From: a virus
Virus record (IMG/VR): IMGVR_UViG_3300032268_001411
Span: 1-64,000 of that record
Length of the DNA: 64,000 nt
Reading direction: 5' to 3' (one strand)
Shown here: one piece after another, positions 10,012 to 20,268 of the stretch
Numbering within the stretch: the first letter of the stretch is position 1
How the letters are laid out: every line of letters begins with the position of its first letter
Notes under the pieces: generated by a model
Databases searched by the model: none
Told to the model about the DNA's origin: nothing
Seen by the model: only the letters and a program-made list of their open reading frames with translations
Made by a program: the position numbers and the translations under genes

Positions 10012-12905
10012 TATAAGAAGTCTTTTAATTTTCCTGATAATCTTTTAGCACTGTCAATATCTTCTTTAAAAGGTACAGTTTGAGTGATTTTCATAGCTTC
10101 CCATTTGATTCCATCCGTATTTTTTGCCAATGCAGATATTTCGGTAATCGTCAAATTCAATTCACTTATTTGACCCCATTGATTTTTACCTATCAATTCT
10201 GCGTATTTGAATTTTAAATTTTTCCCAGTTGAAATGTTTTTCTCATCCAAATTCAATACACCTACTTGAATTTCTTGTTTAATATTTTCTATCGAAGATT
10301 CAACTTTGATTTCGTTAGCTACAATTTTATCCTTTAAATAATTATACACAAGGGGTGTCTTTTTACCAGTTTTGGTAAAGTGAAATCTAAAAACTAATCC
10401 TTTCTTACCGGAATCTGAAAGTATTCCCAAGAAATACATAATCATATGATTTACCTCACCAGCATTTTCCTTAAACTTAATTCTAATAAGTTCGTTATCG
10501 AAAATTCCACCATTAGCAAAATCTTTTAATTCTATTCTTGATCCCCTCTTTAGACTTCCACTCCAAAGTTCGAATGAAACCGTATCCTTTTCCCCTTTTT
10601 CGCTGTTATTCGTATTAAGAAATGATGATCTGTCTGCTTCACTTGCTGTCTCCTTATCTATATCTACAGCATCTGCTCCTCCAAAATATTCTTTAATAAT
10701 CTTCTTTCGTTGTTTTCTGAAATCGCCCTCACCGGCTAATAAGTCATTCATAAAATCTAATAGTGATCTACCAGCTCTTATCTTCTTGATTATTTCATCG
10801 CCTCCTTCAGCACCGTAACCTCTATCAGAATCTCTACCTTTAGTTTCACCAGAACCAAATTGACCTACACCTGGTGGCAAGAATCTTGCATTTGCTAATA
10901 TTTTTCTATATTTTGGTTTCTCTAACAGTCCCATTATTCCGTCTTGCCATTTATCAAATACAGCTATTGCTGCCCAAGGTCCTGGACCAGGAGTTTTATC
11001 AGCACCCCAATCCGGTACATTACTAGCACCCCCTATATAAGTATATTCTCTAAATGTCTTCAATGAAATCCTTCCTTCTGGTCTTCCAGAAGGTATGTAG
11101 TCTGTTGCATACATCCTATATGCTTTACCAAAAAGATTTACTATACGAATTATTCTATCTCTTGCCCCGGTACTACCTATTGGAAAAACATCTTCTACTT
11201 TTTCATCCACACTATCTTTTAATTCATTAATTTCTTTTACATCAACTTTCCATTCTTTTTCCTCACCCTCTTCAAAGTATTCATACCATAACTCTAATAT
11301 TTCATTTTCTACATCATCAGTATCCGCTTCTTCAAATAACCTGAATCTACGATAATCAAGAACTTTAGAATAATTTTCTTTCTTTTGACCTTCTTTATCT
11401 TTTTCTACAACTTTTTCTTTTTTAGGTAAATTAGGATAGATTTCTTTTAATTGACTATAGGACTCAATGATTTTTTTGATGGATTTCCCAGCTTCACCGA
11501 ATGTATTTACCAAACCTAAATCTTCTTTTAGACCTACCATTACTCTCAAAAGTAATGAAATATTTTTTGGTACTTCGCTATATCTACTTGAGATAGCTCC
11601 GTATTTTTCTTTTATTAGTGCTTCAAATGGTAGGGGCTTACCAACATTTTCACTATTTTGAACAATTTGTTTACCTATTGCGATTTGAACATTTTTATTT
11701 AGTTTTTCTCCTTCTTTTGACATATCAATCAATTCTTGAAGTAACTTTACTAAATTCGGCAAATTCACAGTTTTTGCTGCATTCAATATTTTCCTCCAAG
11801 ATGCTTTTGAATGAATCTCTGTCAATCTTATCACTTCCACATTCTCATAAATCGGGAGTGATTCGTTTTCAAAATAGAAACTCTCCTTTTTGGATAAATT
11901 TTTTGTATATACTGATTTTTGGGGAGAAGCAGATGTGTAATTATCATTCCGATCTTTAAAGGCAACAAATGTACTATCTTTACCTATTTGATTCCCTTTG
12001 ATATCATCTTTAGTTAACCATTTTTTATCCAGACCAGCAGATATAACATTGGTTGTTGAGATTGCTAAGGTAGGGAGTTTTTTACCATTTTTACTGGTAT
12101 GAATGTATTCTTTACCAGGTTGGATATTATCTTTTTTTGTTTGGGTATCACCCTCTATCAAGACTCTTTTATTCTGAATTATAGCATTAATAGATATAAG
12201 TGATTTAAAAATTTGAGTTACTTGCCAGAAAAAATTAAGTTCAGGATTCTTCTTTAAATCACCACCACTCATCTTTGATGGGTCTATATTTGAACTTTCA
12301 CCATCACCTCCCTCACTATCTCCTCCTTCACTATCTCCCTCTTCATCTTCCCCTCCTTCTTCCTCTTCACCCTCCTTTGGTTCAAATTCAACTTCCTTTA
12401 GAGCATCTCTAAATGCAATCAATTTTTTTAGGAGCTCGTCCTTTTCTGGTAAATATTCTTCTTTGATTTGTTCGACAGATTTGATACAATCGTTCAATAA
12501 CCCATCTTCATCATCTTTACCATCTCCTATTAAAGTTGTACACTTTTCATTAGTGCTAGCGTCACTTGATACAACGTTGAAAACTTCTGTTAGAAGACTG
12601 ATTACTTTTAATTTTTCAATTTTTCTCTTATTGTTTTCCCCCTCGATTACCAAATCACCAATTAATTGATTAAGTTCATTTTCCACTTGAGATACTACAC
12701 TATTAATTCGTAAACTTTTTGCATAAATCTTAGACTTTCTAATAAAAGAGTTTATAAGCCTACCCAACAAAGATCCACCCCAAGTGATTTGATTTTCTAA
12801 CGTTTCTCTTACTAATTGAGAACCACTATAATATTCTTGTATATTAGAGCTTTCTAACTTTATTTCTTTGTTTAGAAAATCATTTCTATTTTTTAAATAT
12901 CTCAT
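10011..12905 (-). CDS. Large hypothetical protein, candidate internal head protein
   Basis: 964 aa; leader MRYLKNRNDFL; internal leader-like segment KVLDYRRFRLFEE; acidic Gly-rich linker. Confidence 0.5.
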   Translation of the reverse strand: MRYLKNRNDFLNKEIKLESSNIQEYYSGSQLVRETLENQITWGGSLLGRLINSFIRKSKIYAKSLRINSVVSQVENELNQLIGDLVIEGENNKRKIEKLKVISLLTEVFNVVSSDASTNEKCTTLIGDGKDDEDGLLNDCIKSVEQIKEEYLPEKDELLKKLIAFRDALKEVEFEPKEGEEEEGGEDEEGDSEGGDSEGGDGESSNIDPSKMSGGDLKKNPELNFFWQVTQIFKSLISINAIIQNKRVLIEGDTQTKKDNIQPGKEYIHTSKNGKKLPTLAISTTNVISAGLDKKWLTKDDIKGNQIGKDSTFVAFKDRNDNYTSASPQKSVYTKNLSKKESFYFENESLPIYENVEVIRLTEIHSKASWRKILNAAKTVNLPNLVKLLQELIDMSKEGEKLNKNVQIAIGKQIVQNSENVGKPLPFEALIKEKYGAISSRYSEVPKNISLLLRVMVGLKEDLGLVNTFGEAGKSIKKIIESYSQLKEIYPNLPKKEKVVEKDKEGQKKENYSKVLDYRRFRLFEEADTDDVENEILELWYEYFEEGEEKEWKVDVKEINELKDSVDEKVEDVFPIGSTGARDRIIRIVNLFGKAYRMYATDYIPSGRPEGRISLKTFREYTYIGGASNVPDWGADKTPGPGPWAAIAVFDKWQDGIMGLLEKPKYRKILANARFLPPGVGQFGSGETKGRDSDRGYGAEGGDEIIKKIRAGRSLLDFMNDLLAGEGDFRKQRKKIIKEYFGGADAVDIDKETASEADRSSFLNTNNSEKGEKDTVSFELWSGSLKRGSRIELKDFANGGIFDNELIRIKFKENAGEVNHMIMYFLGILSDSGKKGLVFRFHFTKTGKKTPLVYNYLKDKIVANEIKVESSIENIKQEIQVGVLNLDEKNISTGKNLKFKYAELIGKNQWGQISELNLTITEISALAKNTDGIKWEAMKITQTVPFKEDIDSAKRLSGKLKDFL

Positions 12906-13110
12906 TAATTTTTTGATTAAATTTTTAGTATATATTATTTTTGATTTCTTTAAAAAATAAAAATTTTGATTTAATTGAATAATTTCAGTTCAAACACATA
13001 TTTTTTATTTTTAATTTTGAATTCCGGTAAATTTTGAAAATTTTCTAATATTAGTTTTTTAATCCCAAATTATCTTGATATATAAGATTATAATATTAAA
13101 CTTTAGTGAT

Positions 13111-13395
13111 ATGAGATTCTCAGAGCTTATTTACAATGACGAAAAAATTTATAGTGACTATAAAATCAATAGAATCCTCGAGAAGGAAAAGATGCAATGG
13201 TTAATCGATTCAGAAATCGAGTGTGCAAAAATCGAAATCAAAAACAAAACTCTGGTATGGCATGATGGTTACTTTTTCGGTGACTGGTATTATGGTATTT
13301 TCAAGAGTGGAGAATTTCACGGCAATTTTGAAAATGGAATCTTAGAAGGCGGTAATTTTTATGGAAATTTTGTTAGTGGAATAAAATTGATTTAG
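13111..13395 (+). CDS. Small protein with aromatic-x-x-Gly repeats (beta-solenoid-like)
   Basis: WHDGYFFGDWYYGIFKSGEFHGNFENGILEGGNFYGNFVSG; ATG at 13111 preferred over the track's TTG. Confidence 0.55.
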   Translation: MRFSELIYNDEKIYSDYKINRILEKEKMQWLIDSEIECAKIEIKNKTLVWHDGYFFGDWYYGIFKSGEFHGNFENGILEGGNFYGNFVSGIKLI

Positions 13396-13418
13396 ATATA
13401 AAAAACAATTTTCATCCT

Positions 13419-13874
13419 ATGAAAAGGAAAAACCAGTTCAGAGAGAGTAGTATAAAGCTACAAAACAATCCAAAAGATTTTAAAATTACCAAAATGAACT
13501 CTCAAGAAACTTTATTCGAATTTGGTGAAGTAATCACAAGTGATTTAGCCGAAGCAATTTCAATAATGCTAAGAGAACCTGATATGGCAAATGATAAAAT
13601 TTGGAAAAATATTATTACAGAAAATATTGAACAGGTAGAACCCAGAAGAGCTCTATATTGGTTGACTGGAGGTGACTTAGAATGGACAACACTCAAAAAC
13701 TTCAATAAAAATTGGATAGAATGTGAGTGGGACTTTCAAGAAGAATTTGGATTCACTATCATAGAAATATTAAAAAAATCTAAAACTTATGATGATGTAA
13801 GAAGAGGATTTACAAAAAAATTAAATTTACCAATTCTATACGAATTTGCACTAAGAAAAAACTTTGTAAGATAA
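13419..13874 (+). CDS. Hypothetical protein
   Basis: 151-aa ORF followed by a terminator. Confidence 0.6.
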   Translation: MKRKNQFRESSIKLQNNPKDFKITKMNSQETLFEFGEVITSDLAEAISIMLREPDMANDKIWKNIITENIEQVEPRRALYWLTGGDLEWTTLKNFNKNWIECEWDFQEEFGFTIIEILKKSKTYDDVRRGFTKKLNLPILYEFALRKNFVR

Positions 13875-13878
13875 AATT

Positions 13879-13909
13879 AAAACCCACCAAAAAATATGGT
13901 GGGTTTTTT
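13879..13909 (+). terminator. Intrinsic terminator
   Basis: aaaacccacca...tggtgggtttttt hairpin. Confidence 0.75.
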
Positions 13910-13923
13910 AATATATAGAAAAT

Positions 13924-14793
13924 ATGGAAGCACATTTTTTTGACATCGATACCCTAGTTAAAGTAGAAGGCAATGCATGGATTGTAGATAAACGTAATCC
14001 GAAAGTACCAATTATGAAGATTTCCAAGTCTGATTTACATCTTTTGGAAAATGGTATTTATAAAAAACAAGGAAATAAAATAGAATTTAACGGTAGAACC
14101 TTTTGGTTACCAACCGATTTATATAATCAAATCAAAATTAAAGCTAAATTATTCAAAACAGATTTAGCTAATTTAGCAATCTCTTTACAGGAATTTTATA
14201 ATAAATCAGTTGTAGAAGAACTGAAATTTGAATTCAATTTAGAAACTTTATTGACTCTTAAAAATACACAACCTGAAATTTTCATAATCTGCTCAAAGCA
14301 AACTAAAAAAAACTACCAGGTAATTGTAGAAAAATTAAAGGAGGAACTATTAAAGAGCGGTATGAAAGTAAAATCTTTCTACTATATCAGTGATACATTC
14401 TATAACATTGACGATGACACTATTAGATTCAAAAAATTGAGACTTTTTCTACAACATTTAGTGGGTTTCAAAACTTCTGGACAATCCTTCTCAACAGAAG
14501 AAATTACACAATATAATAAACTATATTATTATGACGAACAGATTGACACACTTCAATTAGAAATGGAAGTAAATCCAATGCTTAATTTACTTTATTCAAA
14601 TACCAGAAATGGTATAAAGGATTTAATAAAGGAAAATATTAAAGAGCTAGAACCAGTAATAATAATTAATAAAATTAACGATAACATTTATAATAGATTA
14701 GAAACCACAAAAGTTATTTTAGAACTATCAAGTTTTATTGAGAAATTTGAAGGTTACTCAATTACAAATAAAATTAAAAATAAATTGTTTTAG
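13924..14793 (+). CDS. Hypothetical protein, possible degenerate HAD fold
   Basis: N-terminal AHFFDIDT (DxD) and YYYDE; TAATATATA motif upstream. Confidence 0.4.
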   Translation: MEAHFFDIDTLVKVEGNAWIVDKRNPKVPIMKISKSDLHLLENGIYKKQGNKIEFNGRTFWLPTDLYNQIKIKAKLFKTDLANLAISLQEFYNKSVVEELKFEFNLETLLTLKNTQPEIFIICSKQTKKNYQVIVEKLKEELLKSGMKVKSFYYISDTFYNIDDDTIRFKKLRLFLQHLVGFKTSGQSFSTEEITQYNKLYYYDEQIDTLQLEMEVNPMLNLLYSNTRNGIKDLIKENIKELEPVIIINKINDNIYNRLETTKVILELSSFIEKFEGYSITNKIKNKLF

Positions 14794-15407
14794 TCCTTAT
14801 TCTTCAAATAGGTATCGATCATATTATTAAGACTACGACTATCAAAAATTTGACCATCCTTTTTATCTTCAGTTTCCTCAGTTTGAGTATTTTTGACTTC
14901 GTTTGATTCCGCTATCTCATTCATACCAAAATCTCTTCTCATATCTTTATAGAATTTTTCTAAATCAGTTCTTTGATTTTGTGAGAATTTAATATTTTCA
15001 CGAATTTGTGATATCGATTGATTTACTACTTCGTGCATTCTCGCAGAACTATCACCATTATCTACCTGTCTTAACTGAGTTAAAAAGTTTTTACGAGTCA
15101 TTTTTTGTAAGAATATTGTGTCAGCATAAACTTGCGCATCCTCTTTCATCTTATTCTGTATGTAAGGATGTTTTATTACACCCGGGTTATCACCCAGATA
15201 TAAATCCACTAGAGACTCCAAAACTTCACCCGCTTGTGTTTTAGAATCCTCAATATCAGCATCATAATCATAGATTTGAATCTCACCTAAATCAGGTAAA
15301 TCCTCTCTTTTAGCTAAATATTTAGATACATCCAAGTCTTTATTTTCTTCCTGAATTCTGTTAAACTCAGATTGTAAGTCGTTTATTTTCTCTTCCTTTT
15401 TATTCAT
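14790..15407 (-). CDS. Putative terminase small subunit (gp16-like)
   Basis: Divergent from terL with a shared TATATATA; SSARMHEVVNQ resembles the gp16 'PRAYEV' motif; helical; ATG at 15407. Confidence 0.5.
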   Translation of the reverse strand: MNKKEEKINDLQSEFNRIQEENKDLDVSKYLAKREDLPDLGEIQIYDYDADIEDSKTQAGEVLESLVDLYLGDNPGVIKHPYIQNKMKEDAQVYADTIFLQKMTRKNFLTQLRQVDNGDSSARMHEVVNQSISQIRENIKFSQNQRTDLEKFYKDMRRDFGMNEIAESNEVKNTQTEETEDKKDGQIFDSRSLNNMIDTYLKNKD

Positions 15408-15430
15408 ATCTGTAAGAAAATTGAAATTTC

Positions 15431-15440
15431 TTATATATAT
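15431..15440. promoter_or_regulatory. Putative bidirectional late promoter core (TTATATATAT)
   Basis: Lies between the divergent terS-like and terL-N starts; the same motif precedes most structural genes. Confidence 0.55.
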
Positions 15441-15459
15441 CAAAAAAATAAGGTTTTAT

Positions 15460-15984
15460 ATGGCAAAAGTTGCTCAAAAACAAGAAGAAGAAAGAAAAAT
15501 AATTTTTGATACTCAATTAGTCGAAGAAGTGACTAATAAGATTAACGATGGTGTGATTGTTAAAAGATTTCAAAATCCATGGTTTCAAAATGAAATCGGG
15601 GTTAGAAGATCAGGTATAACATTTAGATTAAGCGAAGATGAAATTCAAGAGTATATAAAATGTAAATTAGATATTAAATATTTTGCTGAAAAATATTGTA
15701 GAGTCAAAACCGAAGATGGATCTGTTAGTAATATAAAACTAAGAGACTACCAAAAAGGAATATTAGATTTATATACAAAAAACAGATTTTCAATACTATG
15801 CGCAAGCCGGCAAGTGGGTAAATGCTTTAATTTCAACACTTTGTGTAAAATGGAAGATGGTAAATTAGAAAGAATTGGTAAAATATATTATGATTTATTG
15901 AGAAAAGAAAGAAAATTAACGATTCTCGAAAAAATTAAAATATTTTTGTACAATTCCCTTTTCTCATTAGGCAGGAAGCCATAA
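15460..15984 (+). CDS. terL: Terminase large subunit N-fragment fused to N-intein
   Basis: EYIKCKLDIKYFAEKY...LRDYQ...CASRQVGK (Walker A up to the Lys), then CFNFNT (intein block A, Cys1 at 15823). Confidence 0.9.
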   Translation: MAKVAQKQEEERKIIFDTQLVEEVTNKINDGVIVKRFQNPWFQNEIGVRRSGITFRLSEDEIQEYIKCKLDIKYFAEKYCRVKTEDGSVSNIKLRDYQKGILDLYTKNRFSILCASRQVGKCFNFNTLCKMEDGKLERIGKIYYDLLRKERKLTILEKIKIFLYNSLFSLGRKP

Positions 15985-16012
15985 AATTTTAATATATAAA
16001 AATAAAATTTTT

Positions 16013-17029
16013 ATGGAAAAAATTCTAATTGAAGATAATGATGATTTGGTGACTTGTAGAATTTGTGGTGGTCGACATAAAAGATTGTACGGTAAACATT
16101 TTACTGTTAATCACAAAATCACTTCTAAACAGTATAAAGAAATGTTTCCTGGTGCTCCAATTATGTGTAAAAATGATATGAAAAAAACTACTTTGAATTC
16201 AGGTAAGCACATGAAAGAGGATAGATACAAACAAATGTTCCGTGAGAAGGTATTGGGTGAGAAAAATCCAAATCATAGAAGCAGAACAACAGAACAGGAA
16301 AGAAAGTCGAGAAGTCCATTTTCAAAACAGTTTATTGGATATTTTGATATTGAGAATAAAGAGGATCACATTAGTAAATTTGTTAAAGAAAGTTTAAAAG
16401 ATAGAATAACTTCAACACAAAAAGAATATTACATCAAGAAGGGTTTTAGTGAGGAAGATGCAACTAAGCTATTATCCGATAGACAAAAAACATTCAGTCT
16501 CGAAAAGTGTATTGAAAAGTATGGTGAGGAACAAGGTCATAAAAGATGGTCAGAAAGACAAAGTAAATGGCAAAAAAATCTATTGGAAAATGGAAATTTA
16601 AAATGTGGATACTCGAGTATAAGTCAAGAATTATTTTATGAAATAATTACCTATTATAAAAATAAATCTGATTTAATGGAAGTTTACTTTGCTACCAAGA
16701 ATAAAGAATATTTTATCAATACATCTGATTCTTTTTTTTCTTATGATTTCGTTGACATAAATAGGAAGAAGATTATAGAATATAATGGTGATAATTATCA
16801 TGCAAATCCGAATAGATTTTCTGAGAATGATTATCCACACCCGTTTAATAAAAAACTTGGTTTTTCCTCCAAAGAAATTTGGAACAGAGATAATCAAAAA
16901 AAATTGGTTGCTGAATCGAAGGGTTTTGAAATTTTGGTGATTTGGGATAGTGAATTTAAAAAAAATAAAAGTGAAATAATACACAAATGCTTACATTTCT
17001 TGGAAATAGAGACTATTGAAAATATTTGA
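16013..17029 (+). CDS. Free-standing Vsr-like/PD-(D/E)xK homing endonuclease inside the fractured terL locus
   Basis: N-terminal CRICG Zn-finger and GEKNPN motif; C-terminal YDFVD...IIEYNGDNYHANP...GFEILVIWDSE. Confidence 0.8.
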   Translation: MEKILIEDNDDLVTCRICGGRHKRLYGKHFTVNHKITSKQYKEMFPGAPIMCKNDMKKTTLNSGKHMKEDRYKQMFREKVLGEKNPNHRSRTTEQERKSRSPFSKQFIGYFDIENKEDHISKFVKESLKDRITSTQKEYYIKKGFSEEDATKLLSDRQKTFSLEKCIEKYGEEQGHKRWSERQSKWQKNLLENGNLKCGYSSISQELFYEIITYYKNKSDLMEVYFATKNKEYFINTSDSFFSYDFVDINRKKIIEYNGDNYHANPNRFSENDYPHPFNKKLGFSSKEIWNRDNQKKLVAESKGFEILVIWDSEFKKNKSEIIHKCLHFLEIETIENI

Positions 17030-17107
17030 AATTAAGCAATATTTAATGAAAATGAATACTTCCTTTATAAAAGAGATAAGTAATTTAAAAAAAATAATCT
17101 ACTCACA

Positions 17108-19351
17108 GTGAAAGAATTTATAAGACGTATATTAATAAAATTTATTTACTTTCTGATTGAAATCATAGAAAAAATTGAGTTTAGAGAGAGAGATTTGGAC
17201 GAAGAAGATGTTTCGAAAAAAATTCTAAATACAATATCCAATTTGAATTTTAAGGTCCTGTCTGATAGTGGATTTGTGGATTGTACTGATATTCATATTA
17301 CGCAACCTTATAGAGTTTATTTTGTTAGTCTTGAGAATGGTTATTTTTTAGAGGCAGCGGATAATCATATTTTATTTGACAAAGATTTTGAAGAAATTTT
17401 TGTCAAAGATTTGAAAATAGGCGATTTTGTTCATACCGATTGTGGGTTGATAGCTGTTAAGACTGTGAAGAGGATGAATAGAAAACAATCCATGTTTGAC
17501 CTGAGTATCGATCATCCGGAACACAGATTTTTCACAAATGGTATATTGAGTCACAATACAATCAATGCTGCCATTACTATGTTACACTTCATTACATTCA
17601 ATAATGATAAGAATATTATGATTGTAGCGAATATCAGGGGTACTACAATTGAAATTATTGATAAAATAAAAAATATTTATGTTCAATTACCATTTTTTCT
17701 AAAATCCGGTATTAAAAATTGGAATCAACAATCTATCATTTTTGAAAATGGATGTCGAATAAAATCTTCAGCAAGAAGTAAAACTCCAGCAATCGGTTTT
17801 ACCATTGACTTTCTTTACCTTGATGAATTTGCACATATTCCATCTAATATTATTGAGCCTTATTATACTGCTGCCTTTCCAACCGTATCTGCAATTGAAA
17901 ATTCAAAGATTATTATCACTTCAACACCAAATGGAATGAATTTATTCTATAAGTTATTGACTAATGCTGAGAGACCTGAGGGTGATCCTTTGAAGAATAA
18001 CTATAAGGCAATGAGGGTTTATTGGTACCAAGTCCCGGGTAGATTTGTTACATATTTTAGATTAAATAATCATAGACTTTATGAAAACGGATTGACAAAA
18101 GAAGAAGTTTTTAATCAAGTTATTGAAGAATTTTCTGAAATTACCAAGGTTGAAATGAAATTCATACCAGATTTAACAAAGGATGTTATTTACATTTATA
18201 ATAATGAAAATTGCTCGGATATAGATGTTAAAAAATTTATTGTCCGAAAAGAAGATAGAGAAATTTCTATACATTCTATAGCTGAAGTTACGACTTGGAA
18301 AGAAGAAGCTATTAAAGATATTGGTGGTGAGGATGCTTTCAATCAAGAATATGGATTAAGATTTATAAACGCTACAAGATCTTTACTTAATGAGAATATT
18401 ATAGAACATCTATTAAATAATAAAAAACCTTTTATTTATAGGGACATTGAGGAGTTAGATAAAAAGTTAAAATTCTCTTATGGTGATTTGAAATGGATTG
18501 ATGACGAGGATGTCTTTTTACCTGAACAAAGAAAATCTGTAAAGGGTACAATCTCTATCGATATTTCTGAAGGGTTAGGTCAAGATTATTCGATAATTAA
18601 TATTTTCAAAATTAGGGAAAAATCAGATGATGTTATTGAATCACAGAAATTTAAGTATACACATTTAGCAGACTTTTTCTGCTTAGAACAAATTGGAATT
18701 TATAGATGTAATTACGCTTCTGTTAAACAATTAGCAGAGATTTTTTATCTTTTAGCTTTTGAATACTTTGATTATGAGAATTTCAAAGTTGTTTTAGAAT
18801 TAAATAATTATGGTAATGAATTCTTAGCACATTTACCTCACGTCTTTGAAGGAAAAAATAATTATGGTTCTAGTATATTTTTTAGGTATAAACATCGAGC
18901 AGATTCACCTGAAGAAAAAGTTGGATTAAAAGTTGGTGAGAATAAAAATATGTTAGTAAAGGATTATCAAGAAGCAATGGAAAAGAAAAATTTCATTGTT
19001 ACCAATGAAGATAATATTCGAGAAATTACGACTTTTGTTAAACATATCACTTCTGCTGGTAATATTAGATATGCTGCAGATATAGGGCACGATGATACAG
19101 TTATGTCTTTAGTAAATGCTGCTTCAGTATTTTCAAAGTTTGATTTTAGAGAAATGGTAGACGATTACGCAAACTCTATTGTAAGTAAAGAGAAGTTAAC
19201 CTACTGGAATCAAATTTTAAAACAAGTTGAATACACTGAGATCACTGATTATCAGAGTATATTGGATGTGAATAGAAAAAGAAGAATGGCAGAACAACTT
19301 AGAAATATGAATACTAAGATTCTTGGAAACAATAATTATGGTAGGTGGTAG
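17108..19351 (+). CDS. terL: C-intein (150 aa) fused to terminase large subunit C-fragment
   Basis: ADNH (block B), MFDLSI (block F), FFTNGILSHN|T (block G, +1 Thr at 17558); then Walker B LYLDEFAH, ITSTPNG, nuclease IDISEG and HDDTVM. Confidence 0.92.
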   Translation: MKEFIRRILIKFIYFLIEIIEKIEFRERDLDEEDVSKKILNTISNLNFKVLSDSGFVDCTDIHITQPYRVYFVSLENGYFLEAADNHILFDKDFEEIFVKDLKIGDFVHTDCGLIAVKTVKRMNRKQSMFDLSIDHPEHRFFTNGILSHNTINAAITMLHFITFNNDKNIMIVANIRGTTIEIIDKIKNIYVQLPFFLKSGIKNWNQQSIIFENGCRIKSSARSKTPAIGFTIDFLYLDEFAHIPSNIIEPYYTAAFPTVSAIENSKIIITSTPNGMNLFYKLLTNAERPEGDPLKNNYKAMRVYWYQVPGRFVTYFRLNNHRLYENGLTKEEVFNQVIEEFSEITKVEMKFIPDLTKDVIYIYNNENCSDIDVKKFIVRKEDREISIHSIAEVTTWKEEAIKDIGGEDAFNQEYGLRFINATRSLLNENIIEHLLNNKKPFIYRDIEELDKKLKFSYGDLKWIDDEDVFLPEQRKSVKGTISIDISEGLGQDYSIINIFKIREKSDDVIESQKFKYTHLADFFCLEQIGIYRCNYASVKQLAEIFYLLAFEYFDYENFKVVLELNNYGNEFLAHLPHVFEGKNNYGSSIFFRYKHRADSPEEKVGLKVGENKNMLVKDYQEAMEKKNFIVTNEDNIREITTFVKHITSAGNIRYAADIGHDDTVMSLVNAASVFSKFDFREMVDDYANSIVSKEKLTYWNQILKQVEYTEITDYQSILDVNRKRRMAEQLRNMNTKILGNNNYGRW

Positions 19352-19465
19352 CACTTCAACAACTTTATGGAAGTATAAAGGCATGAATCTACCTTCTTTT
19401 TGTTGACACAATGTGCTGATTCATGCCTTTATTTGAAAAGTATTCTATTATTACTCAAGATTTTT

Positions 19466-19747
19466 TTAAGCTAATTCCATAGTCACTGTCAATCCAGCAC
19501 TTTTAAGTAAATTATACATTTTTTTGATTGTTTCTTGATCACCTCTTTTCACATCACATTTTCCAGTATAATGCACTAGAATAGCACATTGATTTGCTTG
19601 TTCTACTTCGTGTTTGCAATATTTAACAAGACATTCAATGACAAACTCAAAGGTATTAAAGTCATCGTTGTGAAGCATTAAAATGTAGGGTTTAGATAAA
19701 ATTTCGTCTAATTTTTCTTCTGTTTTTGATCTTGTAATTGTACTCAT
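19466..19747 (-). CDS. clpS: ATP-dependent Clp protease adaptor ClpS
   Basis: LMLHNDDFNTFEFVIECL...ANQCAILVHYTGKCDVKRG...GLT is the ClpS signature. Confidence 0.9.
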   Translation of the reverse strand: MSTITRSKTEEKLDEILSKPYILMLHNDDFNTFEFVIECLVKYCKHEVEQANQCAILVHYTGKCDVKRGDQETIKKMYNLLKSAGLTVTMELA

Positions 19748-19848
19748 AGTTTTATTTTTATTTATTATGTATATATTTTTTTAAAGAAGTTTAAAATTTG
19801 AATATATAGAAACAAAATTACACATTAATTTTTAAAAAACAAATTTTT

Positions 19849-20268
19849 ATGAAAATAGATTTAAAATTAATAATTATTATACTTCTTTCTCTACTTTCAG
19901 TTTTCTTTTTTTTCTTATACATCAATTCTAATGATGATATTTTAGCAGCAGAAAATAGAAGATTAATGAAAGAAGTAAAATTGATCGAAAAACAGAGAGA
20001 TTCTTTGGCAAAAGAACGCAATTATCTAAGAGTTGAATTTGACAAAATTGAAAACCAAATCAAAGAAAGAGATAATAAAATTTCTGCTTTAGGTCAGAGG
20101 CTAATAGATTCGAAAAAAGAATTGGATTCAGTTAAAAACCAATTGAAAGATTTTTTAGATCAAATGGATAAAATAAATAAGGAAATAGAAAGAATTAAAA
20201 AATTTCCACCAAAAAGAGAGGGAGAAGACTTGATTAATTCTTTAACAAAAAAAATGGAAGAAAAATGA
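19849..20268 (+). CDS. N-terminal TM + coiled-coil protein (i-spanin-like candidate)
   Basis: Hydrophobic N-terminus followed by a long heptad coiled coil. Confidence 0.45.
   Translation: MKIDLKLIIIILLSLLSVFFFFLYINSNDDILAAENRRLMKEVKLIEKQRDSLAKERNYLRVEFDKIENQIKERDNKISALGQRLIDSKKELDSVKNQLKDFLDQMDKINKEIERIKKFPPKREGEDLINSLTKKMEEK

Noticed and set aside
15985-17107. Group I intron interrupting terL
   Set aside because: The flanks of the endonuclease ORF are too short (28 and 78 nt) and too AT-rich for a ribozyme core; intein motifs on both halves explain the split.
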